A DNA stretch of 41,849 nt from Cirrosporium novae-zelandiae (lineage: Eukaryota): positions 496,001-537,849 of the forward strand of contig JAPETS010000024.1 of NCBI GenBank assembly GCA_026023565.1, read 5' to 3'. The position numbers were made by a program, and so were the translations under genes. The notes under the pieces are model-generated. The model saw only the letters and a program-made list of their open reading frames with translations. It made no database searches and was not told the DNA's origin. This document shows positions 1 to 11,917 of this stretch, one piece after another (within the stretch, counting starts at the first letter, position 1; every line of letters starts with the position of its first letter).

Positions 1-588
1 GACGAACATAAGATCAAACCCCCACCTGCTCCATGGCCAGCGAGGAACAATGACACCCCTATGTATGGAGTTGCCGCAGCACCCTTAAGCAATTTTCGAG
101 GTACTGACCTACATGTCTCCTTACCGCCAAAAGAACCATTGTCGATGATATTATCCCCCACGCATTCCACACTTGCAACACCAAGCACTATCACTTCGTC
201 CGTTACAACACCCTATGTTCATCCCCCTGATGTACCATCCACATCCTCCATCGCACAACCTAGTCCGGTGAAAAAGAAACTTAGCCTCAATGACTATATG
301 AATAGGCGGGCACACATGACGCCTACTACTGAGAAAAAGGAACATAGTGGTGGACTGATGAATATGCCCAACAAGCCGGGTCTCCCCAGAGTTGAAGAAA
401 AAAAAGATAAGGAGCAAGAAATAAAATCGGAGACTATATCTCCAATAGTTCTTCCAACGAAAGATTCATCAGCGGCAAGACAGGAGGACAGTATTATGGT
501 CATGAATGAACTGTCAGACATAAAGAACAACCAAACCAACAAACCAAATATGGGTGGAACAGGGCTAATGAACGTATCGAGAAACTGA
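1..588 (+). CDS. 3' end of a gene entering from the left edge; low-complexity C-terminus resembling fungal PHD/SET (SET3-like) proteins
   Basis: Frame is open from base 1 to TGA at 586-588. P/S/T-rich with the motif PSPVKKKLSLNDYMNRR, which I recall from C-termini of Pezizomycotina SET3-like proteins. No diagnostic domain lies in the window. Confidence 0.45.
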   Translation, partial: DEHKIKPPPAPWPARNNDTPMYGVAAAPLSNFRGTDLHVSLPPKEPLSMILSPTHSTLATPSTITSSVTTPYVHPPDVPSTSSIAQPSPVKKKLSLNDYMNRRAHMTPTTEKKEHSGGLMNMPNKPGLPRVEEKKDKEQEIKSETISPIVLPTKDSSAARQEDSIMVMNELSDIKNNQTNKPNMGGTGLMNVSRN

Positions 589-1580
589 ACTGTATCATAC
601 ACAATCGTACAATCAACACACCTTTCCAATGAATCTCATCATGGATGCCCACTTTTTCTTCTTCTTGTCACTTGACAGGCGTTTTCGGGAAACTAGTATA
701 AGGGAATGCGTTAGGTGGTCATGGACGGAAAAGCTTTTACTTACAAGGATGGCGGATGGGCTCGGCGCTCTTTTCTGGCTGGGTTGACTAGCTATTAATG
801 AAGCTATGTGACATTATTCAATTGGTGGATACAGGCGCAAAAAGTCGGGGCTTATCTGCTGTTATCATCAGCTGGTTTCTTAAATGGAAATGAAATGGAT
901 GGATGAATGTGATGTATGGATGGGAAAATGGATTGCTGCTCTCTACGATAATGCGTACGGATTGTCAGTCAGCTAAAGCAAAACATGATGAATACCAAAA
1001 CTGGTATTTACTGATACGGAAGACAAACAAACGAAAATACGATATCTAGAGAACCCGAAGGGAAATGAGGTATGGGGAACCTCTTGGGGCTTCCTCCCCA
1101 ACCCTTTCGGGATCAGCAAACCTAGCCTACCAAACACTAGTCTAGGAAGTTTTAAGGAATTTTTTTTTTTCCTTTCCTTCTTCCTTTCTCGGATTTAAGC
1201 GGGCGTTCTTGCTCCACGACGGACGATATGCGGTGGCTATTCTCGAGCGTTCAACGTTTCATGAGCGTGTGTGCGTGTGTAGCCTTTCGTCTCTTCTTTT
1301 TTAGAGCTTCTTTTTTTTTCTCTGTGGATATTTTCTTTTTCATTGCCGTAATGAGATACCTACCCATGTGCCTGTGAGCATGTGGTTTCTCCCCCTCAGA
1401 GGAACTGCGGGGGGTGGGGAGGGGGGAGATTTTGAGCATGCGGTTATGCTTTTGTTCTCGATGTTGGTTAAGAGAGCATATACTTGGTACTCTTATCGAA
1501 ACCGAACTAAAATCGGATTGAACTAAGCTGAAAAAGTAGAATAGAATGGGGAAAATAGGATTGAATAGGTTTAGATAGCT

Positions 1581-1608
1581 AATCAATCAATCAATCAATC
1601 AATCAATC
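1581..1608. repeat. (AATC)7 microsatellite
   Basis: aatc repeated seven times, read directly. Confidence 0.95.
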
Positions 1609-2108
1609 AGTGAAATCGATGAATCGAAAAAAATGTAATTAGCTGATTCTTTTTTTGGGGGGGGCTGTATGAGGTGGGGATTTTGGTTAAAAGATGATTG
1701 TTGTTAGCTTTTTAGAGGGAAGAGGAAGGGGAATTTGTAGTGCTAGATAATGGATGATGACGAATGGTGATTTAAATCAGTAATGATGGGAAAGTAGGTA
1801 CATGTACCTAGGTACTTGGGTGTTATGTTAATAAAAACACAGCAGCCCAGGTTCAAAACTTTCAATTTAAAATCCTCCCCTTCTAAACGATATGAAGGCA
1901 AAACCAACCATACTAAATATCGCCTAGCGGTTAATTACTTGAAATGGTTTAAATTCTGTGTTGTGTGGGAGCCAGTTTAAGGTACTTAGGTACTTATGGA
2001 TTTATTTTCGTCTGAGACCATACAGCAGTTCTTTTTGCTGAATGAATGATTGGACACTTAAAAAATTGGCTTTATCTATCTATTTGACCACTACATTTAC
2101 TAGACTAA

Positions 2109-2621
2109 GGGCCGCGTTCTGAATCGGTCAGACGGGGGGGCGTACTGTAGATAATTTAACTCTGAATTTCAAATTCGCTATCGGGTTTCTGTAGAAATTA
2201 TATTTAATAAAGTTATAATTTGGGCATATAATATAGACTTCGAAACCGCATATAACCATGTCCAACCAAACTCCGGATCTAAAATTCGAAGTTCTAGAGG
2301 CACACCTTCTTCGCTTTTTTGGCGACAAATTCGGTGAATTCAAAACTTCGGGGTATTATATTTGAACGAACGATGTAAGAGAGAGGCTCTTACAGTAGTT
2401 AAGGGTCTTATAGTACTGATCGATGGTAATGTTGTTGATTGCTCAGCAAAGTTGAGCTGGAGGTCTCTCTATCCACAGTAACGGCATATCGCACGGACCA
2501 CCTAGGGTTAGAACCCCCTAGCGTTAATTATGACTGTAATTAACAAACGGGATCCAAAACTCAAAAAAAACACCTCAAATACGCAAATACGAAATACGCA
2601 ACTCCGGTTCAGAACGGGTCC
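2109..2621. mobile_element. Non-autonomous MITE, PIF/Harbinger (Tourist)-like
   Basis: Left end GGGCCGCGTTCTGAATCGG (2109-2127) matches the reverse complement of the right end, GGACCCGTTCTGAACCGG (2604-2621). TAA flanks both sides (2106-2108, 2622-2624). AT-rich interior with no convincing ORF. Confidence 0.65.
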
Positions 2622-3129
2622 TAAATTAGTAGGAGGTTTTCGGCTAGTCTACCTCCCTCTCTTATCTACTAACGTTCTTCTACTTAGGATGTGAGTATAC
2701 ACGATATATACTTCTAGGAAACACAAGGGAGAGAATAGTACGAAATAAAGAAAAAATTATGAACTTCACAACTGGATCAGATTCTAAAACTACACAACCG
2801 AAAGCTAGGTAAGGTAAGGTAGTCATGGCAACCATGCATTTGCATTTGCGTCGAACCACTTAACTAAGTATAAGTAATTACCGTAGCCCTTCCCTTCCTG
2901 TCTACCCATTTCCATTCTCATATGCCATGCTTCCTTCTCCATATCTGTAAACATCTCCACAAGCACAGCTCTCAAAAAGGGATCATTTTCACCTCCCACG
3001 TTAATAATACGCATTTTATTCAGGCTCGTTGGTACTTACTCACTGAACCCACCATAGTGTTCAAGCGTTGGTCACATGTCGTCTTCGTTATTGTTCGATA
3101 ACTTTAAACAATCTACCTGGGATAGTCAT

Positions 3130-6100
3130 CTAAGCCGTAAACCTGAATTTCTGTGCCTCCAACCTGCCCAACCCTTCCCTGGGTGCGACGTTACGCCTCC
3201 TGTAACTGTTTGTGAAATCCTGTAATAGAACCCTCACCTTCCTCATTTCCCCGGCTTGGATTTTTCCTGCTATGGAGGTCATCAAGCGTTCGGCCTCTAC
3301 AGGCTTGACACTTCCAGTAGGTAGGAGCTGGATGGTATCGTGAACCCACACGGCTGCTAGTGGAGGCTGAATTTCAAAGACAGCGAGAAGGACACCGCTA
3401 GCATCTGGGAATACGTCGTCAGGGAAAGTGAACATCATGCCTGTAAGAACACGTTGAACAAGGGCAGCACCGGTGGCGGCGAGGAGTGCCTTTACAGCAG
3501 CTTGAATTTCAGGGGGATTATGGGTGAGAGGCCGGCCAGTTTGAGGATCGAAGGTAGTAGTATTAGGAGTGTCGGTTCCGAACGAAAGGAGGTCGCGAAG
3601 GAAGTGAAGGGTTGCAGAGAGAGGCTCGTGTTGTTGTAGGGTTAGAGCAGTGAGGGCAGCAGAGACAATAGGCGTTATGAGGCTGGAGAGAATAAGCTGT
3701 TGAGGATAATAGATCACTGCATCGAGAAGAAGACGGAAAAAGTCCTCGATTACTGCGGATAATTAGTTAGTACTAGGATGGAGAAGATAGGGAATAGAAA
3801 AGGAGATATACCATCAGGCAGGTCTTGGGGAGGAATGCCATTAAGGATGCGGAGAAAGGCTGTTACTTGCTGCTCGAAGAATCCATAGATTGCCTGCGAG
3901 GTCTGCTGGTCCACGAATTCGGCACCCTCGGAAAACTCTCGTATAATAGAATCAGTAGCCCAGAGGAAGCAGCCTTGTCGAGATTTCTCAAAACCGGTAG
4001 CAAGATTTTGTGCAAGAACAGGAAGAAGTGGAGCCATAGCGGTACGATAAGATATCACCATATATCTCCAGCATCGACAGACTCGCTCTAAAATTGGCGT
4101 CGAATGAGGGAAAAATTCGACTAATTTTGCGAGCATCTCAAGAAGCTCCTCGCAGTACTTGACAGCGGGATTAGGTTGATTCGGCCCGACATAAGGCTGG
4201 ACAAGTTGAATAAATATGGTAATGAGTTGGAGTTCGTCTGCAACCCTTTTCTGGCCAGCGTCGTCCTTGGCATTATTCGCAAGTTCCATCACACGTGCCT
4301 TGAGGGGATCACAGAAAAGCTTCATGCTCTCATAGATTTTCTCTGTCGGTTGGACAGATACAACTGCCGCCACGCCCTCTGTAATTTCTTCTTGACTTGT
4401 GGGTGGCAATTTGTCAATTACCGATCCATAGAAGCTGTGGAGTTGTGCCAAATGGCCTCCCAGTAGTTTTCGGCAGTCGGTACCTAGAAATTTAAAGGCC
4501 AAAGCAGCTGCCTGCACTACCTCTTTGCTTGAGTGGTTGAAAGCAGTCATAACATAATTCAGTTGATTTTCAAGTGTTTCTGGATGCTGTTCGGTCCATT
4601 CCGTATATCTGGCAAGCGCCATGATAGCCTGGAAACGAAGTTTGTCATGATCCGGAATCTGTACAATGAGTGGCATCACCTGCGGGAGAATAGTGTTTTC
4701 TTCAGCATTGACCATACGACCCATAGCTCGCATACTAAAAAGCGGAGCCTCAAGCTCTTGCCAACGGGGGACTTTAGCGCTGGTAGCCTGTGGTCCGTAG
4801 GTGTTTACCCATTGCTGAATGAGACGATAAGATTTGCCCAAACATTCAGTGACGCCGATTACCTCACAGCAATCCTTAAGTACATCCCCCATAGCGTGCC
4901 TAAACTCCCGGAACTTCTCTTCATCTTCACGGTCACCGTCGAATAAATCGGTTTCATCGCCATCTTCAGCCGTAGGAAATTCCAGGTGCTTGATCATGAT
5001 ATCAACCAATTTCGAATAGATATCGGCGAAGACGGTATGAGCTTCAATATACCTTTCCAGGGTGATAAACTGCTTGAGTTCAAACCAAAATAAGAATGTC
5101 AGACTTAAGACGTCTCTCTTGGAGTCTCTTGCACAACATTCAAGTACTGCTTCGACTAGACTTCGGAATTGGCGTGGCATCCTTGCAATCAACACCACCC
5201 AAGATTCACCAGCTTCAGCAAATATTCTAGTCAATCCTTTGTACATATCTGTATCTTCCGATTGAACAGCCTCCGTTATTTTGGATGTCAGCGCCACAAT
5301 TTGAGGGTACAGAGTCTGAATAACTGGTAGACATTCGTCAACATCCTTAGTATCTCGGTAGATAGTGCAAATACAGTCTACGGCAGAATCAAATGCGTTC
5401 GGATCGGAAAGAGCCTTGATCGTGGCACCAAGCAGAGGCGAATTCACCACATCTGCAGTGTTGACTTCGCGCAGCCATGAGCTTATACATTCGAATAGAT
5501 GGGGGTTCTTAGCAGCCGATTCTGAAAGAGCAGTGTGTTAGCGACATTCTTAGAGAACATAAAAATAGCTAACCTGATGATTGAGAATATTGAATAAGTA
5601 GCGTCAAGACCTGAGACGCATTGTCTTCCAATAGCTCCTTCGTTCTTGTGTTTAACTCCTCTTCCTGTTTGATAACGACTGATTAGACCATATCTCGTGC
5701 TGTAATACCGATTCGGCAAGAATCGAGGAGGCTGGTGGTAATCGGTCGAACATACTGTCAGGTTGATTTTTCGCCCTTCTGTAACTTCTTCTGGTAGAAC
5801 CCTCAGGAACTCAAGAACGCAATCCCCGGAGTCATTCCCTAATACCGATGCCACCACTGGCAAAACATCCTTCCAGGATAGCATCTGAATTGCTAAATCC
5901 GCTAGGCAAACACATAACTGTGTCCGGATCGGCCGAGGCCCAGCACGGAAGGTGACAAGTAAAGACAATAAAGAGTCCCGGAGAGGGGTCAACGATTCTT
6001 GAGGGAGTTGATCAAGGTCGTAAGTGATCTAGTAGGTTCTATTAGAATAATGTGAGGGGCAAAGAGGGGAAATGGTCGTACTTTGCCTTTCAGCGTGGTC

Positions 6101-6382
6101 GCTGCGAATAACTTTGCTTCTACAGCAGCATCACTAGATTGTAGTATTGCATGAGTTGATGTCCATGCCTCGGGCTGATATTACTATGTTAGCTTCTGCT
6201 CTATCAAGGCTAGGCATATTTACGAAGTGGAATAAAAAGCAATCACCGACCGATTTTTGGAACTTCTCTAAGAAATCATGAGCTTGCGTCTTCGCCGTCT
6301 GTGACCCACTGCTTTGCATAGTGTTGAGTGCGGCGATGACAGGCGCAAATGCCTGCTGGCTAGAGCCGCTATTCGTAGCCAT
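3130..6382 (-). CDS. MTR10: Importin-beta family nuclear import receptor Mtr10/transportin-SR
   Basis: Six exons joined in frame at GT-AG sites: 6382-6251, 6174-6082, 6028-5756, 5664-5574, 5521-3812, 3752-3130. Motifs include AHDFLEKFQKS-PEAW, KLFAATTLKGK-ITYDL, IRTQLCVCLA, FREFRHAMGDVLKDCC and DFTNSYRRRNV. Confidence 0.95.
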
Positions 6383-6868
6383 ATCGAAAGAGTTGAAGAG
6401 ATGACTTTAGGTGGGGTGACGATCTTCGTTGAGAAATAGATGAGAGGCTTTCAAGGGCCTCATGAAGTCATTTGAAAAACTAGGAAAGGTGTTATTTAAG
6501 GATAATTTAAAGATAGAGAAATGAGGTAAGAGTAAGAAATGAACCTTAGTTATGTTTTGCTCATTAAGACGTTCTTTCTCTCCACATCAAGGGGGGGTAG
6601 GCATTCTTGTCGCTAAAAGTAAAGACGATGATGCGTTACGGCGGGCCATAGGGCTAGCGAAATTTTGGCGGAACATCCTAAATTCCCTAGTAAGCTTTCA
6701 ATCAACGACAACTTGAGCGCGCAAGGTGTATAAGAAGCTCATACAACCCATTTTTGAAGAACGCTTTCCCCCTTGCAACTCCAATTTATTCACCCACGAT
6801 TTCTGTAGCTTCCCAGGTTACACAAAGCACCCTCAAATTACCCTTAACGCTATAATATCATTTCGACC

Positions 6869-7311
6869 ATGACGGGTCGTGGTGGTGGACGTGGAAAGGT
6901 TCTGTCAGTTCGAACCATCTAGAATGATATCTTTGACCATTCAGCTAATTTTTTTCAAGCCTACCCCCCATCAACTTCATCTTCAAGCTTTTACAAGAAC
7001 ACTCAACCGTGTCAATATGGCTATTCGAGCAGCTAGCTATAAGAATTGAGGGAAAAATTAGAGTGCGCCATGCCCACGTATTACTTCACCTATAAGTGCT
7101 GATTCGTCCTTAGGGATTTGACGAATTTATGAATCTAGTTATAGATGACGCAGTGGAAGTTAAATTGGCTACGAAGACTGAGCCCCAAGAGAAGAGGAGA
7201 CAACTTGGTAGGCGGTCGAAGTTGTGTATCTACGAAGAAAGATACTAACTGGTTCCAGGGCAAATACTGTTGAAAGGTGACAATGTATCATTGATCCAAA
7301 GCGCACAATAA
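6869..7311 (+). CDS. SME1: Small nuclear ribonucleoprotein Sm E
   Basis: Not in the ORF track. Four exons (6869-6903, 6960-7062, 7114-7207, 7259-7311) give MTGRGGGRGKVLLPPINFIFKLLQEHSTVSIWLFEQLAIRIEGKIRGFDEFMNLVIDDAVEV...RQLGQILLKGDNVSLIQSAQ*, the canonical SmE Sm1/Sm2 motifs. Confidence 0.97.
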
Positions 7312-7395
7312 ATTCTATGTCATCTACCTCTATCCTTGTTTGGGGTCGATAAATTACAAATCGGAAAGGGCGTGCCGTGAGAAATATATTCAAAC

Positions 7396-8258
7396 CTAGG
7401 GTTTTTCCTCGTTTCTTGCACCGTCAGAGCGGGCAGGCCTTATGACTCTACCATCACCAACAACAAGCGCGTGAAGAGGCCAATCGTCGTTATTCACGGG
7501 AATTGAATGTTGTTCTGGGAGCAGTTGCTCTTTGAGAGTGAGACCAACTAGAAAGAGCCAATTAGTGAGACCACTCAAGTTCAACGGCTTCTTACCCACC
7601 AAGGAAAGGTTTATTATGAATATATCCATCTGAATTGTGTGCTTGTGACGTGTATCTGTGATATCTGCTCAAGAATGAGTCGTAGTAACCCCGCCCGTGG
7701 CCTAATCTTCTTCCACTTGTGTCAAATCCAACTCCGGGCATCACGATTAAATCTAAACCTAGTTTTTCGTTATGCGATTCTGACCCGTCATGTATTCCAT
7801 ATCCACCATAACAGTTGTTCCTTCTATCAATTGACTTTGAATCCAGAGAAGGAATTCCCCATTTATCAAGTTTGAGGGATCGATAGTCGTCTTCCGAGAA
7901 TAATGAAAGTTTTTCCATCATAGACTTCGGCGAAGGATCCCCACTTTTATATAAGTATGGTACAAACACTTTCTTCCCTTGTTGTAAGGCATCTATAACT
8001 ATCTCGGCCGTCGCAGCTTCTCCTACAGGCATGGACAGGTAGATAGATATGGTTCTTGCTTCACGATATTCCCGTAAAGAGAGGAGGGTACTGGTAACTT
8101 GTGAAGCTGGTGAAAGTTAGCTAAACATTTAACTATTATGTTATTGTAGAAAGTACATGTAGCTGACATTGTGACGATAAAGAATCCTGTGGGATGCTGC
8201 TGAGTTTATGACGAATTGCTTTGCGCAATTCATTCTTTGCCATTTTCAAAGTAGCCAT
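7396..8258 (-). CDS. FAU1: 5-formyltetrahydrofolate cyclo-ligase (MTHFS)
   Basis: Exons 8258-8168, 8106-7600, 7547-7396. Motifs KNELRKAI, SIYLSMP, KKVFVP and LDLIVMPGVGFD...RLGHGRGYYD. An alternative in-frame ATG lies at 8279. Confidence 0.93.
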
Positions 8259-8620
8259 GGCGGAAATAGAAGGCCTCATTGCATCCTTTTCCTCTTCTCT
8301 TTGGATATGTTGTTGTTGCTTGACTTGATTCATAGTGAAACCTTTAAGGCCTTGGTGGCCATTTGGGTGTAACCCTGCCACTTTGTAGATCACTGACGGT
8401 CAGTAGTGACTAGTGGTGACGGAGATGCTCCTTCATTCTAAAAATTGATTGACTGTTTGAGGCGGGTGTGGGTGTGGCGTAGAAAAGTGGCTGTTTTTGG
8501 CGCGCCTTGGAAACGTTAATTTGCAGCAATGATTGCGACAGCCCCCTTCTAAATCTTGATTGCTGATGACCTTCTTCCCAGGTTCTTTACATCCCACTCT
8601 CGTTCAATAATCTGCTCACC

Positions 8621-9558
8621 ATGTTATTCTCTATCTCTTCTCTTTTGCTTGTCAGCACGCTTCTTGCTAAGGTCGCACATGCCCAGGTCGATTCACAATT
8701 AACTGGGACATGGGTCACAAAGTCCAAGAAGGTTGTCACCGGGTCGGTACGTGTATCTTATAATTGAAAACAACCTTGGGCAAAGTACCATCTTCATAAC
8801 ATTATAACTAACATTACTTGAAAGAGCTTCTATGATCCCGTGAATGACAAATTCCTCGAACCCGACCTTACCGGCATCTCATATTCATTCACCGATGATG
8901 GCTATTATGAAGAAGCATATTATCGTGCCATCTCCAATCGTATGTCTACTTGCACGTGAGCATTTATATCAAGAAGCTAAAATATTGAACCAGCGGCCGC
9001 ACCATCATGTCCCCAAGGAATAATGCAGTATCAACATGGCACTTATCGAAAGGCTGACAACGGTTCTTTGTATTTGACACCCATCGGTGTTGACGGCCGA
9101 CAGCTCCTTTCTAAGCCTTGCACCTACGACGTTGGTATATATACTCGATACAATCAAAGCGAGTACTTTAAGGTATGATTTTAAGTTGCCCTCACAATAG
9201 GTTTCCGGATTTACACTGACGTTCAATCCAAAAGAAATATCAAATTTATACGGATTCCTATCACAATGTTCTACGTCTTGATCTCTACCAATACGATGGA
9301 TCTCTTATGAGCCCAATGTATCTCCTCTACAAGCCTCCAACTATGCTTCCAACCTCGACCCTGAACCCAACCACCAGTTCCGCGACGGCCACCGCTACCG
9401 GCTCAAGTAAGCAAAAGCGAAGCTATGTCCAGGAACCTATGAACAAGAACGTCCTTCTTCCTGAGCGGAGACAAGCTTCCATCAACGCCGATAGAGTTTG
9501 GTGGATCGGCGTCAGCTTGACAGCCGTTGGAAGTGTTGCGTACTTGTGTACCATGTAA
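8621..9558 (+). CDS. ROT1: ER chaperone Rot1
   Basis: Exons 8621-8746, 8825-8939, 8994-9172, 9235-9558. Signal peptide, then [68 protein letters not shown] and a C-terminal TM helix. Confidence 0.95.
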
Positions 9559-9885
9559 AGTGAAAGCGGTGGAAGCTAATACGCATAATATATGTATTCA
9601 CGGCATCGTCTACTGGCGTTATGAGAAGCAGATGAGTTTTTATCAGGACAAGATTTAGGAAGGAAATATGATTTTTCAAGGGCGAGGTATCGTTAATCGC
9701 GTTAGGAGTCGAACCGGCTTTTGTTTGTATGATTGATTGATATATGGTGGTCTTTTAGATGCCAACTGTTAAACATGGAATCCAGCAATTCCAAAAGTTT
9801 GTTTTCTACATGTACACGGTTGTGTTGAGCGGCAACATCAATTACCCAGACGGTGACTACCCCTCCATTTGGGCGAGCGCTTCAT

Positions 9886-11238
9886 TCAATTACCATTTAT
9901 GATGGTTTCCCTAGATTTGATATTGAATTGATATTCGTCGCCTCTGTTCAAATAGACCACTCTCTCCTCCAACCCAGCATCCCTAACCAACTTCTTGAAG
10001 TCCTCCAGCGGCGATAGAAAAATGTCGTAATCACTAATATAATATAAGGGTCAGCAATAACCCTTTAGGTCATTTGATTTTCAACCCCCCCAACCAAGCA
10101 ACAGCTCTTGAATGAAGGGCGAGGAAGCTCTAATAGGGATGAATGTCCCAATTCTAATTACAAATACCTCACCAAAAACTCAACAAGCGTCCTGCTCAAA
10201 AAAGAGCAACGATAAAAAAAAAAGGCTGAAAAGCATCGCTTACTCAAAATGGATCGGTATTGTCACGTTTGGTTTTATCATTTCCATAAGCCCCAGACCC
10301 TGTTTCGCATCCATGGTGATCATCAACAGAGAGAGGATTGCAGAAGGGATGCTGGTTCCTCCTAGATGTAGGAGCATTAAGTTGATGGGTTTGTTCTGTT
10401 GTGTGTAGTTGAGGGAGATTTCGTTAAGTTTGGAGTCCAAGAAGGTATCTCCGGTGATATATATCCTGCAAGGTATTAACAGAGGACGGAAGGAGGTAGG
10501 GAAGAAATTGAGATATATACCTATATCCACACTCGAAACTTTCATCGCTGGCCTTGATTTCCTTACTCCCAAGCTCAACCATCCAACCGGTAGATGGAGG
10601 AACCTAAAAAATCAGTTCAATATCTCCAAAAAACAACCACAGCAACTCACCACCCCAAAGGCATCATTGACTTTTCCCAAAAGCCCTCCACTAGGCATAT
10701 GTTCTGCCGGCATTGCCGTTACCTTGACCACCTTCCTCCAACCCCCATCCACAATGCCTTCCTCCTCCTCCACCTGCACCATCACACTCTCCCATGCTCC
10801 CACACCCATAACTGCCCTAAACCCCTTTTCCTCCCCCTCCAACTCCCTCTTCCCAACCCCCGTCGTCAAAATCGGCACCTCCTTACTCAGCCTCTCCTCC
10901 ACCAAGCCATCAAAATGATTCTCACAATAAGTACTCAAGAGCACCAAATCGATAGGCGGAAGTTCTTCCAGCGGGATTGACGGGTCGCTGAGACGTTTGG
11001 ATGTGGTGCCGGGGCCGGGGCGCACGAGGCTGCCGGAGTGGACGAAGTTGGGATCGGTGAGGATAGTGAGGGGAGGGAAGGAGAGGAGCGTTGTTGCTGT
11101 GCCGATGAAATAGATGGAGGCGTTGGGTTGTGTTGAGGAGGAGATGGCCCATTTGGGCTGTGGGGGTGAGGGAAAGGGCTTGATAGATGTTAAGAGAGGA
11201 GGTTTGGGGGGATTGGGGGTTATGGTAAGATGCTTCAT
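9886..11238 (-). CDS. Metallo-beta-lactamase-fold (Zn-dependent hydrolase-like) protein with degenerate metal motif
   Basis: Exons 11238-10651, 10603-10521, 10465-10244, 10033-9886. Motifs SIYFIGTAT, ILTDPNF, LPPIDLVLLSTYCENHFD, GYRIYITGDT, LLHLGG and TIPIHFDDYDIFLSPL. Confidence 0.88.
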
Positions 11239-11917
11239 GGTCAATTGCTTTGCGCTCGATTCTTCCTTGGTGAGGGTCTGGTGGGAATACAGCAGCAGCA
11301 CTTCATGATTGATGGAGCGTTTTGGGGGTACAGTTTTATAACATTCTCGTTTGAGGGAATCGATGCGTTCGTTTATGTATTGTCGTCCACTGTGTTCACG
11401 ATCATCCTGCCACCCTGCGAGATCCTAAGGTCAATGCCGAGGAAGCGACATTATTATATGATTACAAGTGAATTACGGAGGAGGGCGAATAGACGTCAGC
11501 ATCACATGCTGCCTTTGTTGAAAGTAAATGGTCCCTGGATGTATAAACTGTACGTAGCTGTGCATGACAGTTTTTCAGATTCACTTATTATCGGCTGGGT
11601 ATCAGGGATTTTGCAGCTGGGAGATATGATTCACCATATGGCATATTTTCAAGTTGCAGTGTTAAGGGCGCCTCCTATCTAAATAGTGTATGTGTTACTC
11701 TACCTTGTGTAACGGAGGACTCGGTTTATGTTGAAGTTTAACGTTGAGCCTGTATCACTGTATCATTGGTCTGTCCGACTTTAAGCTCCAACGTAGTTGG
11801 TTTTTGCAGAAGGGAAGGTCATAGGTAAATACTCATGGCTCAATACTGTTAGGGAAGCTCTATGTTAAATTTGATTTCTGCATTAAGGTATTCATGTCTA
11901 TCAATATATCAATACCA

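Noticed and set aside
3454..5265. Plus-strand ORFs antisense to MTR10 (and similar shadows over UFD1-like, GH78 and eIF3L)
   Set aside because: Shadow ORFs of well-supported opposite-strand genes with no motifs.
11230..11682. 150-aa plus-strand ORF
   Set aside because: Overlaps the start and promoter of the metallo-beta-lactamase gene, with no recognisable features.
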